From Zygnema circumcarinatum SAG 698-1b (Eukaryota > Plantae > Zygnematophyceae): a stretch of DNA of 64,000 bases. The notes under the pieces are model-generated. The model made no database searches, was not told the DNA's origin, and saw nothing but the letters and a program-made list of their open reading frames with translations. Numbering within the stretch: the first letter of the stretch is position 1; every line of letters starts with the position of its first letter. Below, piece by piece: positions 1 to 32,768 of this stretch. The position numbers and the translations under genes were made by a program. Location: the NCBI GenBank assembly GCA_037447605.1, contig CM074812.1:1488001-1552000 (forward strand), in the 5' to 3' direction.

Positions 1-410
1 CTTCCATGGCACCATCGCATGCACGAGACAAATGCAAGTTTCTCCTTAGGAGTGCCAATTCAAAGTACAACATGCCCATAAGATCTCTCAAACATTGTAA
101 CATTGTAAACAGTGTAAGAGTACAAATTGGGTCATTGTATCATATCGTGCGAACATCAACAAATTATGTTCAACTTGGGAACCGCACCGTACGACCGATA
201 CGGTAACCTCCGTCGACCGGCCGCACCCGTGACCGCACGGCTGTTCCTTGTCCTTCCGGCTTCGTTCCCGCCAGGTTCGGTCTCTTTGTTTGTCGTTTCT
301 GTTCGGCCGTACAGTAAAGTACAATATCGTATCGAAACGATAAGGAAAGGTTGTTACGAAAGTTCAAAAGTAGAAGAAAATGCAAAAAGCAAGTGAACAC
401 TTGCATATTA

Positions 411-614
411 GGGGCAGTCAGACTTAACACATGGCCAAATCAAAATTAGTAAAGCCTGTCGGGCGAATTAAGCATTGGCTAGGTACGCATTTCGGTACGG
501 CTGAGTTCGGCGGAGCCGCGGATCCCGAACCGGAATACGTACACGAAACTTTGACTTTTAGTATAATACTAAATTCTCGAATTTAGTACGCTCTGGGCTA
601 AGCCTGACCCCCCC
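411..614. mobile_element. ~205-bp non-autonomous DNA transposon (MITE family A), copy 1
   Basis: Begins GGGGCAGTCAGAC after TA and ends GCCTGACCCCCCC (degenerate TIR). The body (ACATGGCCAAATCAA...GGAGCCGCGGATCCCG...AACTTTGACTTTTAG...ACTAAATTC..GAATTTAGT) aligns by eye with 51019-51228 and, reversed, with 62420-62627. No ORF. Confidence 0.85.
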
Positions 615-697
615 AAATTAGAGCCAGAAGCAAAAGATGGGTGGCAAGATAGAAACAAGAATTATTGTTCTTTTTTTTTCTTCATTTAGAAGTCTTG

Positions 698-902
698 GTA
701 TCATATCGTATCGCACTGCACCATCTCATCGTATAGCATCGTGTCATATCGTAAGGTATCCCATAGTATCGTATCGTCGTATATGAAAACATCGTATCGT
801 ATTAGATCGTCTCCTAACGTACAGTATCGTATAATATCGTACCTTATCGTGTAATATCATATCGTATCAAATTGTCTGATATCGTACAGTATCGTATCGT
901 AC
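698..902. repeat. Degenerate (TATCG)n pentanucleotide repeat
   Basis: Repeated ATCGT/TATCG units, e.g. gtatcgtatcgtcgt, atcgtatcgtattag, gtatcgtatcgt. Confidence 0.75.
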
Positions 903-1419
903 GGTCATTTGTCGCATTCGCTGGAGTCGCGTTTTACCGATAGTAGTGATTTTTGTAGATTCTGCAACCTGCCGCGTCCTTCACTTGTCGATCCAACCCG
1001 CACAGGTTAATTCGTACAGACCGTACGGTACCAATCTCTAGGGTACAGTACAGTATCTACGGAGCTCGGTTTCGTACGATGCCGTACGGTACGAGCCGCA
1101 TATCCCCATTCGAAAAAAGACGGCAGTCGCAGGCGCTATTGATCGCCCAATCAATACATGACATGTGTCAAATATGATGACATGGCGCATCACTATTGGT
1201 CAAATATCCACCGATTCGCGGTCCGCCACGTCAGCTACAAATGCTTTCGTGACGCGCTCTGATTGGCTCGTGCCCTGGCGCTGTAGGCGCAGTTTTGAAA
1301 GCCGGCAGGAACTGTACGGACGGCCTCTCGCCCTGCTCCGGCGCCAGTCAAGGTCCAAACTTTGGCACTTTCCTTGCAGGAGACGGCAGGGGGCGAAAAG
1401 GGGAGACCCTGACAGCGGA

Positions 1420-2400
1420 GAGGGAGGGAGATAGTGCGAGGTGCGAGAGAGTGAGGGAGGGATAAGGGAGGGAGGAAGGGAGAGGAGAGGGAGAGGAGAC
1501 AGGAGAGGGAGGACTGGGAGACGGAGGAGGTGCGTCTTCCTGCATTGCTGAAGTAGTGGACGAGAAGGGGAGAAAAGAGGGAGTGGCGAGAAGGGTGGGA
1601 TAAGGGGAGGGACTGAGGGAGAGAGGGAGGGAAAGGAAGCAGGAGGGGGAGGAGTGGGAGAGGGAGGAGGGAGAGGGAGAGGAAGAAGGAGAGGAGAGGG
1701 AGAGGGAGAGAGAGGAGGGAGAGGGAGTCTCCATTTGGAAGGTTTTTCTTGGTGTATTGCATCTGTTTTTTGACTCTTCTCGTGTTTGTGTCCTTACTTG
1801 GTCGCTTCGAAGGTCCTAATGTTGCAGGTCAGCGATCTTGCAGATCAAGTTTGTAGGGTTTAAGGATTGCAGGGGCATAAATAAACCCTTGCCTTTCTTT
1901 TTTTGGCGTCTGGAGATTCAAAGTTTTGGTTTTAGTGTGTATGCGAAATGTGAGGTTTTGAAACTCAGATTAGGACTGGGTTCAGGAATGCTGCGGCGCT
2001 TCAGATTTTGAAAGTTTACAGGTCCAGAAATAGGGTTCAGGGTTTTGGGAGTTTAGGGTTCAAACCTCAGATCTGGATGTTCAAAGTCAAGGCCAAGGTC
2101 AAAGTGGAGGTTATTGGTTTTTTGTTTTTTAGTTTCGAACTTCAAAGTTTTCAGGGTTCAGAGATGCAGAAATGAGCCTCAGGAAGGAGGGTTCAAGAGA
2201 AGGTTTTTTCTTTATAAGGCGTCAGAAAAGAGCTACATTTCAGCAATGCAGGGTTCAGAAATTTGTCGATTTAAGCTCAAAGACCAAGTTAAGGATTCAG
2301 GGCTAAAACTGACAAAAAAAACAAATAAAATGGAGTTTCGGAAATTTGAAGTCTCAGGATACGAAACCATAAACTAAGGTTTGCAAGTTTACAACTTGAG
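1420..2400. repeat. GA-rich tract (1420-1730) followed by degenerate AGGGTT(T/C)-containing region (~1850-2400)
   Basis: Purine-rich run, then scattered agggttt/agggttcag motifs. Confidence 0.5.
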
Positions 2401-3436
2401 AGTCTGGACAGAGTATTTGAGATATTGGGATTTGTGGAAATGTGCGCCTTGTTTGTGTTTCAAATGAGATTTTTTTGCGGTTTTTAGTTTTTTTGTTCAA
2501 TTTTGTTTTCGAGGGGTTGATTGGGACAGAATTTGTAGTCTCTTACTCACATGAAATGTATTCAGCAGATGAATGTCGGCTTTGGCTAATATTTGGCTCC
2601 CGCTCTAGATACTGCTTGACGCCTGATTGTTCTCTTTACCTCCCCCTATCTCTCTCTCCTTGTTTTCCCTCCTCTCTTTCCCTCCCTCTCCTTTCCATCT
2701 GTCCCACCCGCCTACCACTCCACTCCCCCTTCCCTCTCTCCTTCCTTCCTCGCCACACTCTCGATCCCTCCCGCCCTCTCTCCAATGTCTCCGTTTCCCT
2801 GCCTTTCCCGTCCACTTTCTCTATCCGCTGGCACTGGCTATTCTCCCTCTCCCCCCACCCCTACCTCCCCCTCTGACCTCACCCTTTCCCCACTCTCCCC
2901 CTACCTCCCACCTTCCCCCTCCACCCTCCCCTTCTCTCCCCTCCTCCCTTCCCCTTCCCCATAACCTCGTCCCTCCCTCCCTCCCCACCCCTCCCTCCCT
3001 CGCCCCTCTCCTCTCCCCCCACCCTCCACCCTCCCTCCCTCCCTCCCTCCCTCCCCCCTCCCCCTACCCTCCCTCCCTCCCCCCTCCCCCTACCCCTCCC
3101 CCTTCCTCCCTCCCTCCCTCATATCCCTCCCCCTCCCATTCCCAACGCCCCCTCCCCCTCTGTCGCTCTCTTTCTCTCTCTCCCCCGCCTTCCACTCCCT
3201 CTCCCGCTATCCCTTCACCCGACAAAGGATTCTCGCCCCTCCGTTTCGTGAGTTTGCCCCCTGTCATCAAAGGTCTCATGTTGATCTCCTCATCTGAATT
3301 GCCTGCTTTGCCTTCATCTTCCTTTTGGTGCAGACTGCAAGCAGGCGCTGTCTCCCTGCACTGTCCCTCGTAGCTTCAGCAGAGTCCCGCAAGTTCCTCA
3401 ATTCTTTCATATTTTCTCCTTCTAAAGCAGCAAGCC

Positions 3437-4202
3437 ATGGCTCCCTCCCATCTCTACACCTCAGCGGCTATAGCCCTCCTATTCTTAATCAGCGTCCAAG
3501 CACAGTCCCCACCTCCGCGGGGTCCTATCACTCCACCTCCTCCTTCCGGTCCATCTCCCTCTCAAGCTCCCACTCAAGCTCCCACTCCACCTCCTCCTTC
3601 CGGTCCATCTCCCTCTCAAGCTCCCACTCCACCTCCTCCTTCCGGTCCATCTCCCTCTCAAGCTCCCACTCTACCTCCTCCTTCCGGTCCATCTCCCTCT
3701 CAAGCTCCCACTCTACCTCCTCCTTCCGGTCCATCTCCCTCTCAAGCTCCCACTCCACCTCCTCCTTCCGGTCCATCTCCCTCTCAAGCTCCCACTCTAC
3801 CTCCTCCTTCCGGTCCATCTCCCTCTCAAGCTCCCACTCCACCTCCTCCTTCCGGTCCATCTCCCTCTCAAGCTCCCACTCCACCTCCTCCTTGACAATT
3901 CTCCGCCTCCCTTCGTTCCCCCTCCCCCTCCCCACCCCCCATATCCGCCCACTCCTCCCGCTCCTCCATTTCAATATGGAAGCGGGACCCTCTTTAGCCC
4001 CTCTCCCCCTGTGGCAACTCCTCCTCCTGCAGAGAAGAGCTCTGGGGGTCTGAGCTCCGGCTCAGTTGCAGGCATTGTGATCGGATCCATAGCGGGAGCT
4101 ATCATTCTGGGGATGGTGGGATGGGTGTGCCTCGTACGGAACCGGAATGCCAACAGGTCCAAGTATCTTCCCGGCAACCGATGGGGACCGGGAGAGCTCT
4201 AA
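3437..4202 (+). CDS. Pro/Ser-rich hydroxyproline-rich-glycoprotein-like (AGP/extensin-like) protein with signal peptide and C-terminal TM helix; reading frame broken (+1) at ~3893
   Basis: 3437-3895 encodes MAPSHLYTSAAIALLFLISVQA (signal-like) plus 8 x T(P/L)PPPSGPSPSQAP, then TGA. The +1 frame 3894-4202 gives DNSPPPFVPPPPHPPYPP...GLSSGSVAGIVIGSIAGAIILGMVGWVCLVRNRN...GEL*, a TM helix with a basic stop-transfer. Probable 5'UTR intron ~3248-3332 (GTGAGT...TTTTGGTGCAG). Confidence 0.75.
3530..3893 (+). repeat. Coding 42-bp tandem repeat (8 full units plus partial)
   Basis: Unit ACTCCACCTCCTCCTTCCGGTCCATCTCCCTCTCAAGCTCCC encodes TPPPPSGPSPSQAP; an ACTCTA variant gives TLPPP. Confidence 0.95.
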
Positions 4203-5854
4203 GGGCGGCAGGAGGGCTCCTTTCGGCTCGCTGATGATCAGGAGGATATTTTTTAGGGTTAGGGGGTGAAGACAAGCAATGGGTCACCTTTTGGATGACG
4301 CAGGAGGATAGTTTTCAGTATTGGTATTTAAGTCGTTTTGAGTAGGCAGAAAAGGATAGAGGGAAGGGGGGAGGTGGAGAGAGAGAAAGTGGGAGAGAGA
4401 GAGAGAGTGGGGAGGGGAAGAATGGAGCGAGAGCAGGAACGCTGTTGCAATGTGTGAGAGAAAATATACTTAGGTGTATTAACTCGGCTCTTTACAAAGT
4501 TGTGTCCCATGTCATGCCATGCTTTGCCAGCATTTAGAGTCTTTTCTTTCTTCTAAAATAGCTAAAAAGAAATCCTAATGCCCCGTTACCAATACAGGGA
4601 GAGGAACAGAGTCTTGGCTGCCAATAATCCACTGCCACGTGCCACTGGCCAGGCTAGCACACTACTGGCCAGGCTGGTTTGTAAGACATGCCCATGTCCA
4701 TGCATGCGCGTATGCATGTGTCCGTCTAGGACAATGTTGAGTTCGGCCAACATCGTACATTCCGTTCAATTGCAACGGTCGTACGGCCATTCTAAAAGTG
4801 ATCTAAATCTCTGATTTTTTTAGATATTAGAATGTTCTCATCGCCATCGTGAGATCAGTGCCACATCTTCATTCTTCATTATTTTGCAATTTGAATCTCT
4901 CCCATGAAACATAAAATTCGAACGAGATTGTACCAGTATTGTACCATTGCCACGCAACAGCCCTTCATGTCCGTACAATTAATGTTCGTACAACTTCCAT
5001 AACGGTCCATAACGGGCCCCCTCTTTAGCCGTGTCGCTTTTAACCGTCGCCGTGGACCTGGTCAAACGATGACGTCAGAACGCGCTGATGTATTCGGCCG
5101 TATGGTTCGTCATCCCGTTCTATGTCATCTCCAGTTCCAGTTACCGTTTCACAATTAAGCAATCTGGCTACAGTGTCACGTGGCATCCACCATTGGCCGT
5201 GAAACATACTTGCATGTGCGAATGGCGCAAGATTGGTCGCGCGGGAGGCGGCCCTTTGTTGGCGACGACCGACCGTGACGGAGGTGAGCGGCGGTAACGT
5301 TTTCCCTGGCATGACGTCATCACACTACAGTACTGTACCTCTGTCAACAGTCTGTACGGTCCCATTGTCCGATTCTGTCCAACAGAAACCTGAAAATCTG
5401 TTGACTTTGTGTTAAGCTCTCTACTTCCCATCCAAAACTCTCTCCCCCTCTCCCTCGCGTCTGCCTCTCCCGCTCGCTCTCCCTACGCGCCTCTCTCTCT
5501 CCCTCCCTCCCGCTCCGCTCCGCCCCTCTCCTTCTGCCTCTTCCTCCCTCTCTCAATCCCATATGCTTCTTCCTTCTCTCTCCTCTCTCTCTTTCTCCTC
5601 TCCCTCTCCTCTCTCCACTCTCTCTCCTCTCTCTCTCCTCTCACTCTCCTCTCCCTCTCTCCTCTCTCTTGTCTCTCCTCTCTCTCCTCTCGCTCCTCTC
5701 TCTCCTCTCTCTCCTCTCTCCTCTCTCTCGCCTTTCTCCTCTCTTTCCCCACTCTCTCTCTCCTCTCTCTCTCCTCTCTCTCCTCACTCCTCTCTCTCCT
5801 CTCTCTCCTCTCTCTCCTCTCTCTCCTCTCTCTCCCCTCTCTCCCTCTCCTCTC

Positions 5855-5894
<40 letters not shown>

Positions 5895-5920
5895 TCTCCT
5901 CCATTGGCCGCCAGCAGCCA

Positions 5921-17091
<11,171 letters not shown>

Positions 17092-18650
17092 CATTGTTAG
17101 AGTTTCGCTTGAGCATGTACAGGGGACCATTTTGAAAGGCAATTTTTTTATTCTTTTTTGGAATGAGGAGGACCCGGACTTGTGTTTGGCAAAAGGAAAG
17201 GAATTTGGCGCAGCCCTCCATGTGGAGGCGCTCTTTGCGGTCCTTCATCTTGGGGAGGATGTGGAGGTACAGGGAGGGAGGAGGTGGAGGGAGAGGGAGA
17301 GGGGGNNNNNNNNNNGGGGAGAGGGGGGGAGCGAGGGAGAGGAAGAGAGGAGAGGGAGGGTCCATCCCATGACATTCAAGGGTTCTAAGCTAAAGCAATG
17401 TCAAATATAACTCACCGTAGCAGTGCCCACGCAAGTCACATTCACTTGAGAACACACCAAGAAGCCATAATCAAGAGAATCATGTTGAGGAAGCTCTCTA
17501 TCAAGTTGGAATGGCTGCCAGAGCAGCTGTCTATGCATTTCCAGAACCGCTGCCCCCCCTTCAGCCATCCGCACATGTCAAAGCGGGAGGGAGAGAGAGA
17601 GGGAGGAGGGAGTACAGAGGAGAGGCTCGCCAGCTGCAAACCCTAACCCTAATTTCAATGGCCTGGGCGTCCGAGCCTCCGCGGTTGCCGGCCGCGTTCC
17701 ATGCGCGGAAATGAGCGCAATTACAGCACATGTTTGAAGGACAGGAAACGCGGATGCTCAGCGCTGTGCCTTACAAAATTCATACCGCAACACATTTTCA
17801 AATTGAGCTTTGCAGTCCTCTCAAATGTCGAATTGCTCACATTTCCACGAGTGATGTATATTCAAATTACACATAATGTGCTCCGACATCGGCAAGTCTG
17901 CTATAGCCACATTAGAGGACTCAGAAACAGTAACATCCCAATCCTAATTGTGCTTCGTATAGTCGTTTCATGAATGTATAACTGTAAGGTAGTGAGTCAT
18001 TGTTCTCAACATTGTAAGTTGAATAACTTTCTTAATGCTTTGTCACGTATGAAACCATCACCGATGTGCTCAAGCAGCTCTGGCCGGAGGTTGAGCCGGG
18101 ACGAGTGCTTAAAGCTGAGCTCGTGTCTGCATGTAAGTAAGCTTCAAATGGTCTCTCTCTTTCTCTCTCTCTCTCCCTCTCCCTCTCTCTCTCTCTCGCT
18201 CTCTCTCTCTTCCCCCCCCCCCCCAAAGCTAGCTCCTGAACCACCCCTGCTCCCGCCTATGGGCCGTCCTTGTCCTTCATCTTCACAAGGCGCCTGCGCT
18301 TCTTCTCCTGCACAACTTCCACGTCGGAAGGACCTCCTTCTGCTGCTGAGGGAGGAGAGGGAGGAGGGAAGGAGGAATGGAGGGAGTGGAAGAGGGGTGC
18401 GGGATAGTGAGAGGGAGAGGGAGAGGGAGAGGGAGAGGGAGAGGGAGAGGGAGAGGGAGANNNNNNNNNNGAGAGGGAGAGGGAGAGGGAGAGGCAGAGG
18501 GAGAGGGAGAGGGTGAGGGAGGGAGAGGGAGAGTGGTGAAAGCGAGGAGGGAGAGAGGGCGCCACAAGCAGTTAAGAGTCAAACCTCTCAAAGAGCAGCT
18601 GACGTTCAGTTCCGTATCGACAAAGATTGGAGCATCTCCCCCTCTCTCTC

Positions 18651-18690
<40 letters not shown>

Positions 18691-19183
18691 TCCCTCTCTC
18701 TCTCTCTCGCAGGTCTGATCTCAGTGAGGATGAAACCTTTGTTTCAAAAACTGCGCATATTAATTCTTAGGACTCAATTTTTTATGTGCACATGTGGAGG
18801 ACGTATGCATAGAAGCATGGCATAACATGGCTCTCATTTGAAATGAAACCAGAGCAAAAATATCATAAGGTAGAGAGACTATATTCAGCTTAGCTCGTTA
18901 TTTTTGACGATTTTGCGGAAATTCCCGGAAATGCAGCTTACCGAAGTGAATGGGGTCAAACGCGGAGCCTCCATCCTCAGCAGCTTGGACTGTCACCTGA
19001 AAAAAAAAGGGATACCCTTTGAAAATTCACGGTCAAACGTCTCCAAAATGACTCCTCTCCCTCTCTCGTCCTCTCTCACTGCCCCCCTCTCTCTCGCTGT
19101 CTTCTACCTCTCACCCTCTCCGTCTATGTCTGGCTAACTCATCCTCACTCTCTCCCCCTCCTCCGCTCCTCCGTCTGCTGCCC

Positions 19184-29462
<10,279 letters not shown>

Positions 29463-30949
29463 ATTGAAGGCTTCCCTACCCTCTCCAACAGCCTTGAACC
29501 CTCCCCGCCCTGAACCCTCCCCTTCCAAAACCCCAACTCCCGCCCGGCCCTGAACCCTGCCCGCCCTCAACCCTTTCCTTCCAAAACCCTAGAATACCGT
29601 GACTCTGAACCTCCCTTTGGGGCTCCGACGACGACTCCGAGGCTCCGACAAATAGGACAAATTTGTCGTTTTTGAAGGTACAGGTCCACGTGGCAGCGTT
29701 GGAGTGTGACAGGGTCTGTACGGACTGACGGTAGCTTATTATGAGGCGACACGTGTCACAATTTGCAGTTCGTCCGACGACATGTCGGATTCCTATTGGA
29801 GAATTGTCTGGACACGTGTCCAATCGATTGTACGATGGCACCTTTTGTCGGTGCCGTACATAATGCCAGCTCATCGCTCTTGCATAAGGCCACGTGATCG
29901 TACGAACAAGACAGGCGCCAAGCGTTTGTACGGTCGAGTACTTTTTAGGAGGCATTCCTGAACCCTAATGCCTAGACCCTTAACCCTAGACCTTAAACCC
30001 TAAACCCTCCCTCAAACCCTAATCCTAAAATTAGGCCGTTCTCATTGGCTCGTCCTCCTTGAGGCGTTGGCGTTGCGACACGTGGAAGTGTTGGTCGAGG
30101 AGTGTTCTCACTTCCCGCTCACGTTTACCGTACGGTCTGTGCCTGTCGGTTGTACAGATAGGGAGGGCTCCATGGAGCTGGCGCGGTGTTGTGTTTGACG
30201 CAATTACGGGTTCCATGACGGAGTGTATGTTTTGTTTTTTGTTTTTTGTTTTTCGTGACGGTTTTCTGCTTTTTTGCAGTAATGTAATGGCCCTACCGTC
30301 ATGCGACGCAACTGTGTAGAAACAATACGTTGTTCGGTGAGATTGTATGGCTTTTAGGGTTTCAGGTATTTCAATAAACCAAAAAGGTGTGAAAATAGCC
30401 GAAAAGGTGCGTAAATTGGAAATTCCTAATGTAAAGGCACTACCGTTGTACGCCGCATGTGTAACAATTCGTTGTTCTACTGCGATTTCACGCATGTGCA
30501 CAGTTAGGCCCGCCATTATCTAGGGCCGCCCTCAAGTCAAGGAGCCAATGGGACAAGGCGGAGACAGGTGGGAGATATTTCCAGCCGGTCATGTGACGTC
30601 ACGTAAAAAGCGTGGGGCTAGGGCAGCCGTCGCGACCCTCGTTTCGTACTTGTTTGTATTTCTTGCAAGTTTTGGAGCGACTCGCGGCAGGCTCGCGCAA
30701 AGGTTCGTCTGACGTGGCAGTCTGCCCGGCAACTTGACGGCCGCTATGCGACCAAAGTGGGCAAAAAACGAGCACAAACGACGAAACCATTCATTGCGAG
30801 TCGCATGTGCATGACGTCATGTGAGATAGTTGTTTATGAGATGGACATTGCAATGGACGCTGGCGACACGTAGGCACCACGTAGGCACCACGTAGGCGTC
30901 ACATCGGCCGTCCTCGTCCTCATAGAAGGGAGACCCGGGCCTAATAATA

Positions 30950-31300
30950 GGGGGTGTCAGACTTAAAAAATTCTCGTAATACTAAAAACTCGATATTCGT
31001 AACATTTCGAGTCAACGTCAGTAAAACTAAAATTCCCGAGCCTAGTTTTTCGCACTCGCGGCGCGGTCCTGTTCGCACTCCGCGATCGCCGTCTTCGCAC
31101 TTCTCCAAACGCCGTCNNNNNNNNNNCAGTAAACCCCACGGGTCAATCTTCGCAACGTTGACCCGTTGACTTAGTACAGTTGACTTCCGTTCGGTTCGGT
31201 TTAGGTTCGGGGGCGCGATGATTTTTAGTACTTAGTAACCTCGATTCTCGTAATACTAAAAACTCGATATTCGTAACATTTTGTTAAGTCTGACACGCCC
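30950..31300. mobile_element. ~350-bp MITE (family B) sharing TIRs with family A
   Basis: TIRs GGGGGTGTCAGACTTAA / TTAAGTCTGACACGCCC, flanked by TAATA on both sides. Internal ~38-bp direct repeat ATTCTCGTAATACTAAAAACTCGATATTCGTAACATTT at ~30970 and ~31243. 10-N gap inside. Confidence 0.8.
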
Positions 31301-32768
31301 TAATATAGAGAGGTACTCCGAATGACCCAAGCAGGAAACTGGTTCGGAGATAAAAACCACAAACTGCAAACTGCACCCAAAGTCGGGGGTGGCGCTCACC
31401 GACCAAAGCCCCGGCAACTGGTCCAAAAGGTGCTAGATGACGTCATACAACGTCTAAAAGCTTGAAACTTTTCAACCTGTCCGTCAAAAAGATTTATGGC
31501 GGTTGTTGGCTCCGGCGGCAATCGGCGGTTTTTCGGACGAGTCCGTACAATTTCGTACACGTGGATTTGGCTCCGGGCGAACTTCGCACGTGGACGGACG
31601 CAAACGTCCAACAATGGACATCTGCTAACTTGTCCGGTCGGAAGAAACGTTTTTGGTCAACGCCGGCCAGCTAATAATGCACTTCACAAAAAACGACAAA
31701 TTCTTAATCAGCCGCAATCATGGCCGACCCTCCACTTGCCATCTGTACCGTACGGACATAAACGATCTGCTAATGTTCCACGTGGCGTTAGAATTGGCCC
31801 CTGAGAATCTGAGCTGTGTCGCGATGCGTCAGAAACGACAACGTTACTTCTGGACCTACAATGCCCGGGCCGTAGGCCACGTCAGCTCGATCCTAATTTT
31901 GTCGGTTAGGGACCGTATGGAAGTAAGCCAACATGGTGAAATGTTTGTCGTTTATGACTGGTCGGCAGAGCAATCTGTACGGTCCAAATCAACTTGTCGT
32001 GTAGCGTAATCTGTCGTTATCTTCCCAATCGATCTTTGTCCGATACGCAGGACCACGTGACGCCTTCCCTTTTTTTTCTTTCACAAACCAAAACCTGCCC
32101 GTAAAATCCACAAATAAAATCCAAACCCCATTTATACCCTCCAACCCCGACCCGAAAAACCCCAAACTATATCCTCTCGAATCCCTCTACCCCATTTGTA
32201 CCCAATCCTTCCAAAGATTTTCTTGCTAGCGCCAGCCTGCTGCCCCATTAAACCACCAACCACATTCTTTATTTCCGCTGCCCGTCCTAACGCCCCCTTA
32301 ATGGAACCTTTTTTTTTCGCCTGCCCGCCAACTGGCGGGTGCCAACCAAATTGGCTGCCGTTTTTTCTGCCCCAAACCGACCTGACGCCGGCCGGGCAGC
32401 CTTGCAAACCCATTTGTACCCCAACACGCTAAATCAATACCAAACTTTCGGACGATTATACCCCATTTGTACACGCAGGTTTCAGCGCAATACCCCCTTT
32501 GCACCCGTTGCAGTTCGTTAAATGCCCATTCCGGCGCCGCCCGTTTCGGCGCGCCGGCCCGCCGACACGGTTCACTACAAAGGGAGGCGGCAGCCGCTTC
32601 GGGGACCACGCTCTCTCTCTCTCTCCCGCTGCCTCTCTCACTCTTCCACTCCCTCCCGCTCTCCCTCTCTCCCCCTACCCCTCCTCTCTTTCTCTCCCTC
32701 CGTCTCTCACTCCCTTCCTCTCTCTCCCTCTCCCTCCATTTCTTCCGCAATAAGCTATTTCCCACACC

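Noticed and set aside
1235-1762. Minus-strand Pro/Ser-rich ORFs (128-175 aa)
   Set aside because: Dominated by a GA/CT tract; no signal peptide or domain, and no supporting exon chain.
30031-30516. 161-aa minus-strand ORF in the divergent intergenic region
   Set aside because: No recognisable motif, no convincing splice context, non-ATG start; it lies in palindrome-rich non-coding DNA.
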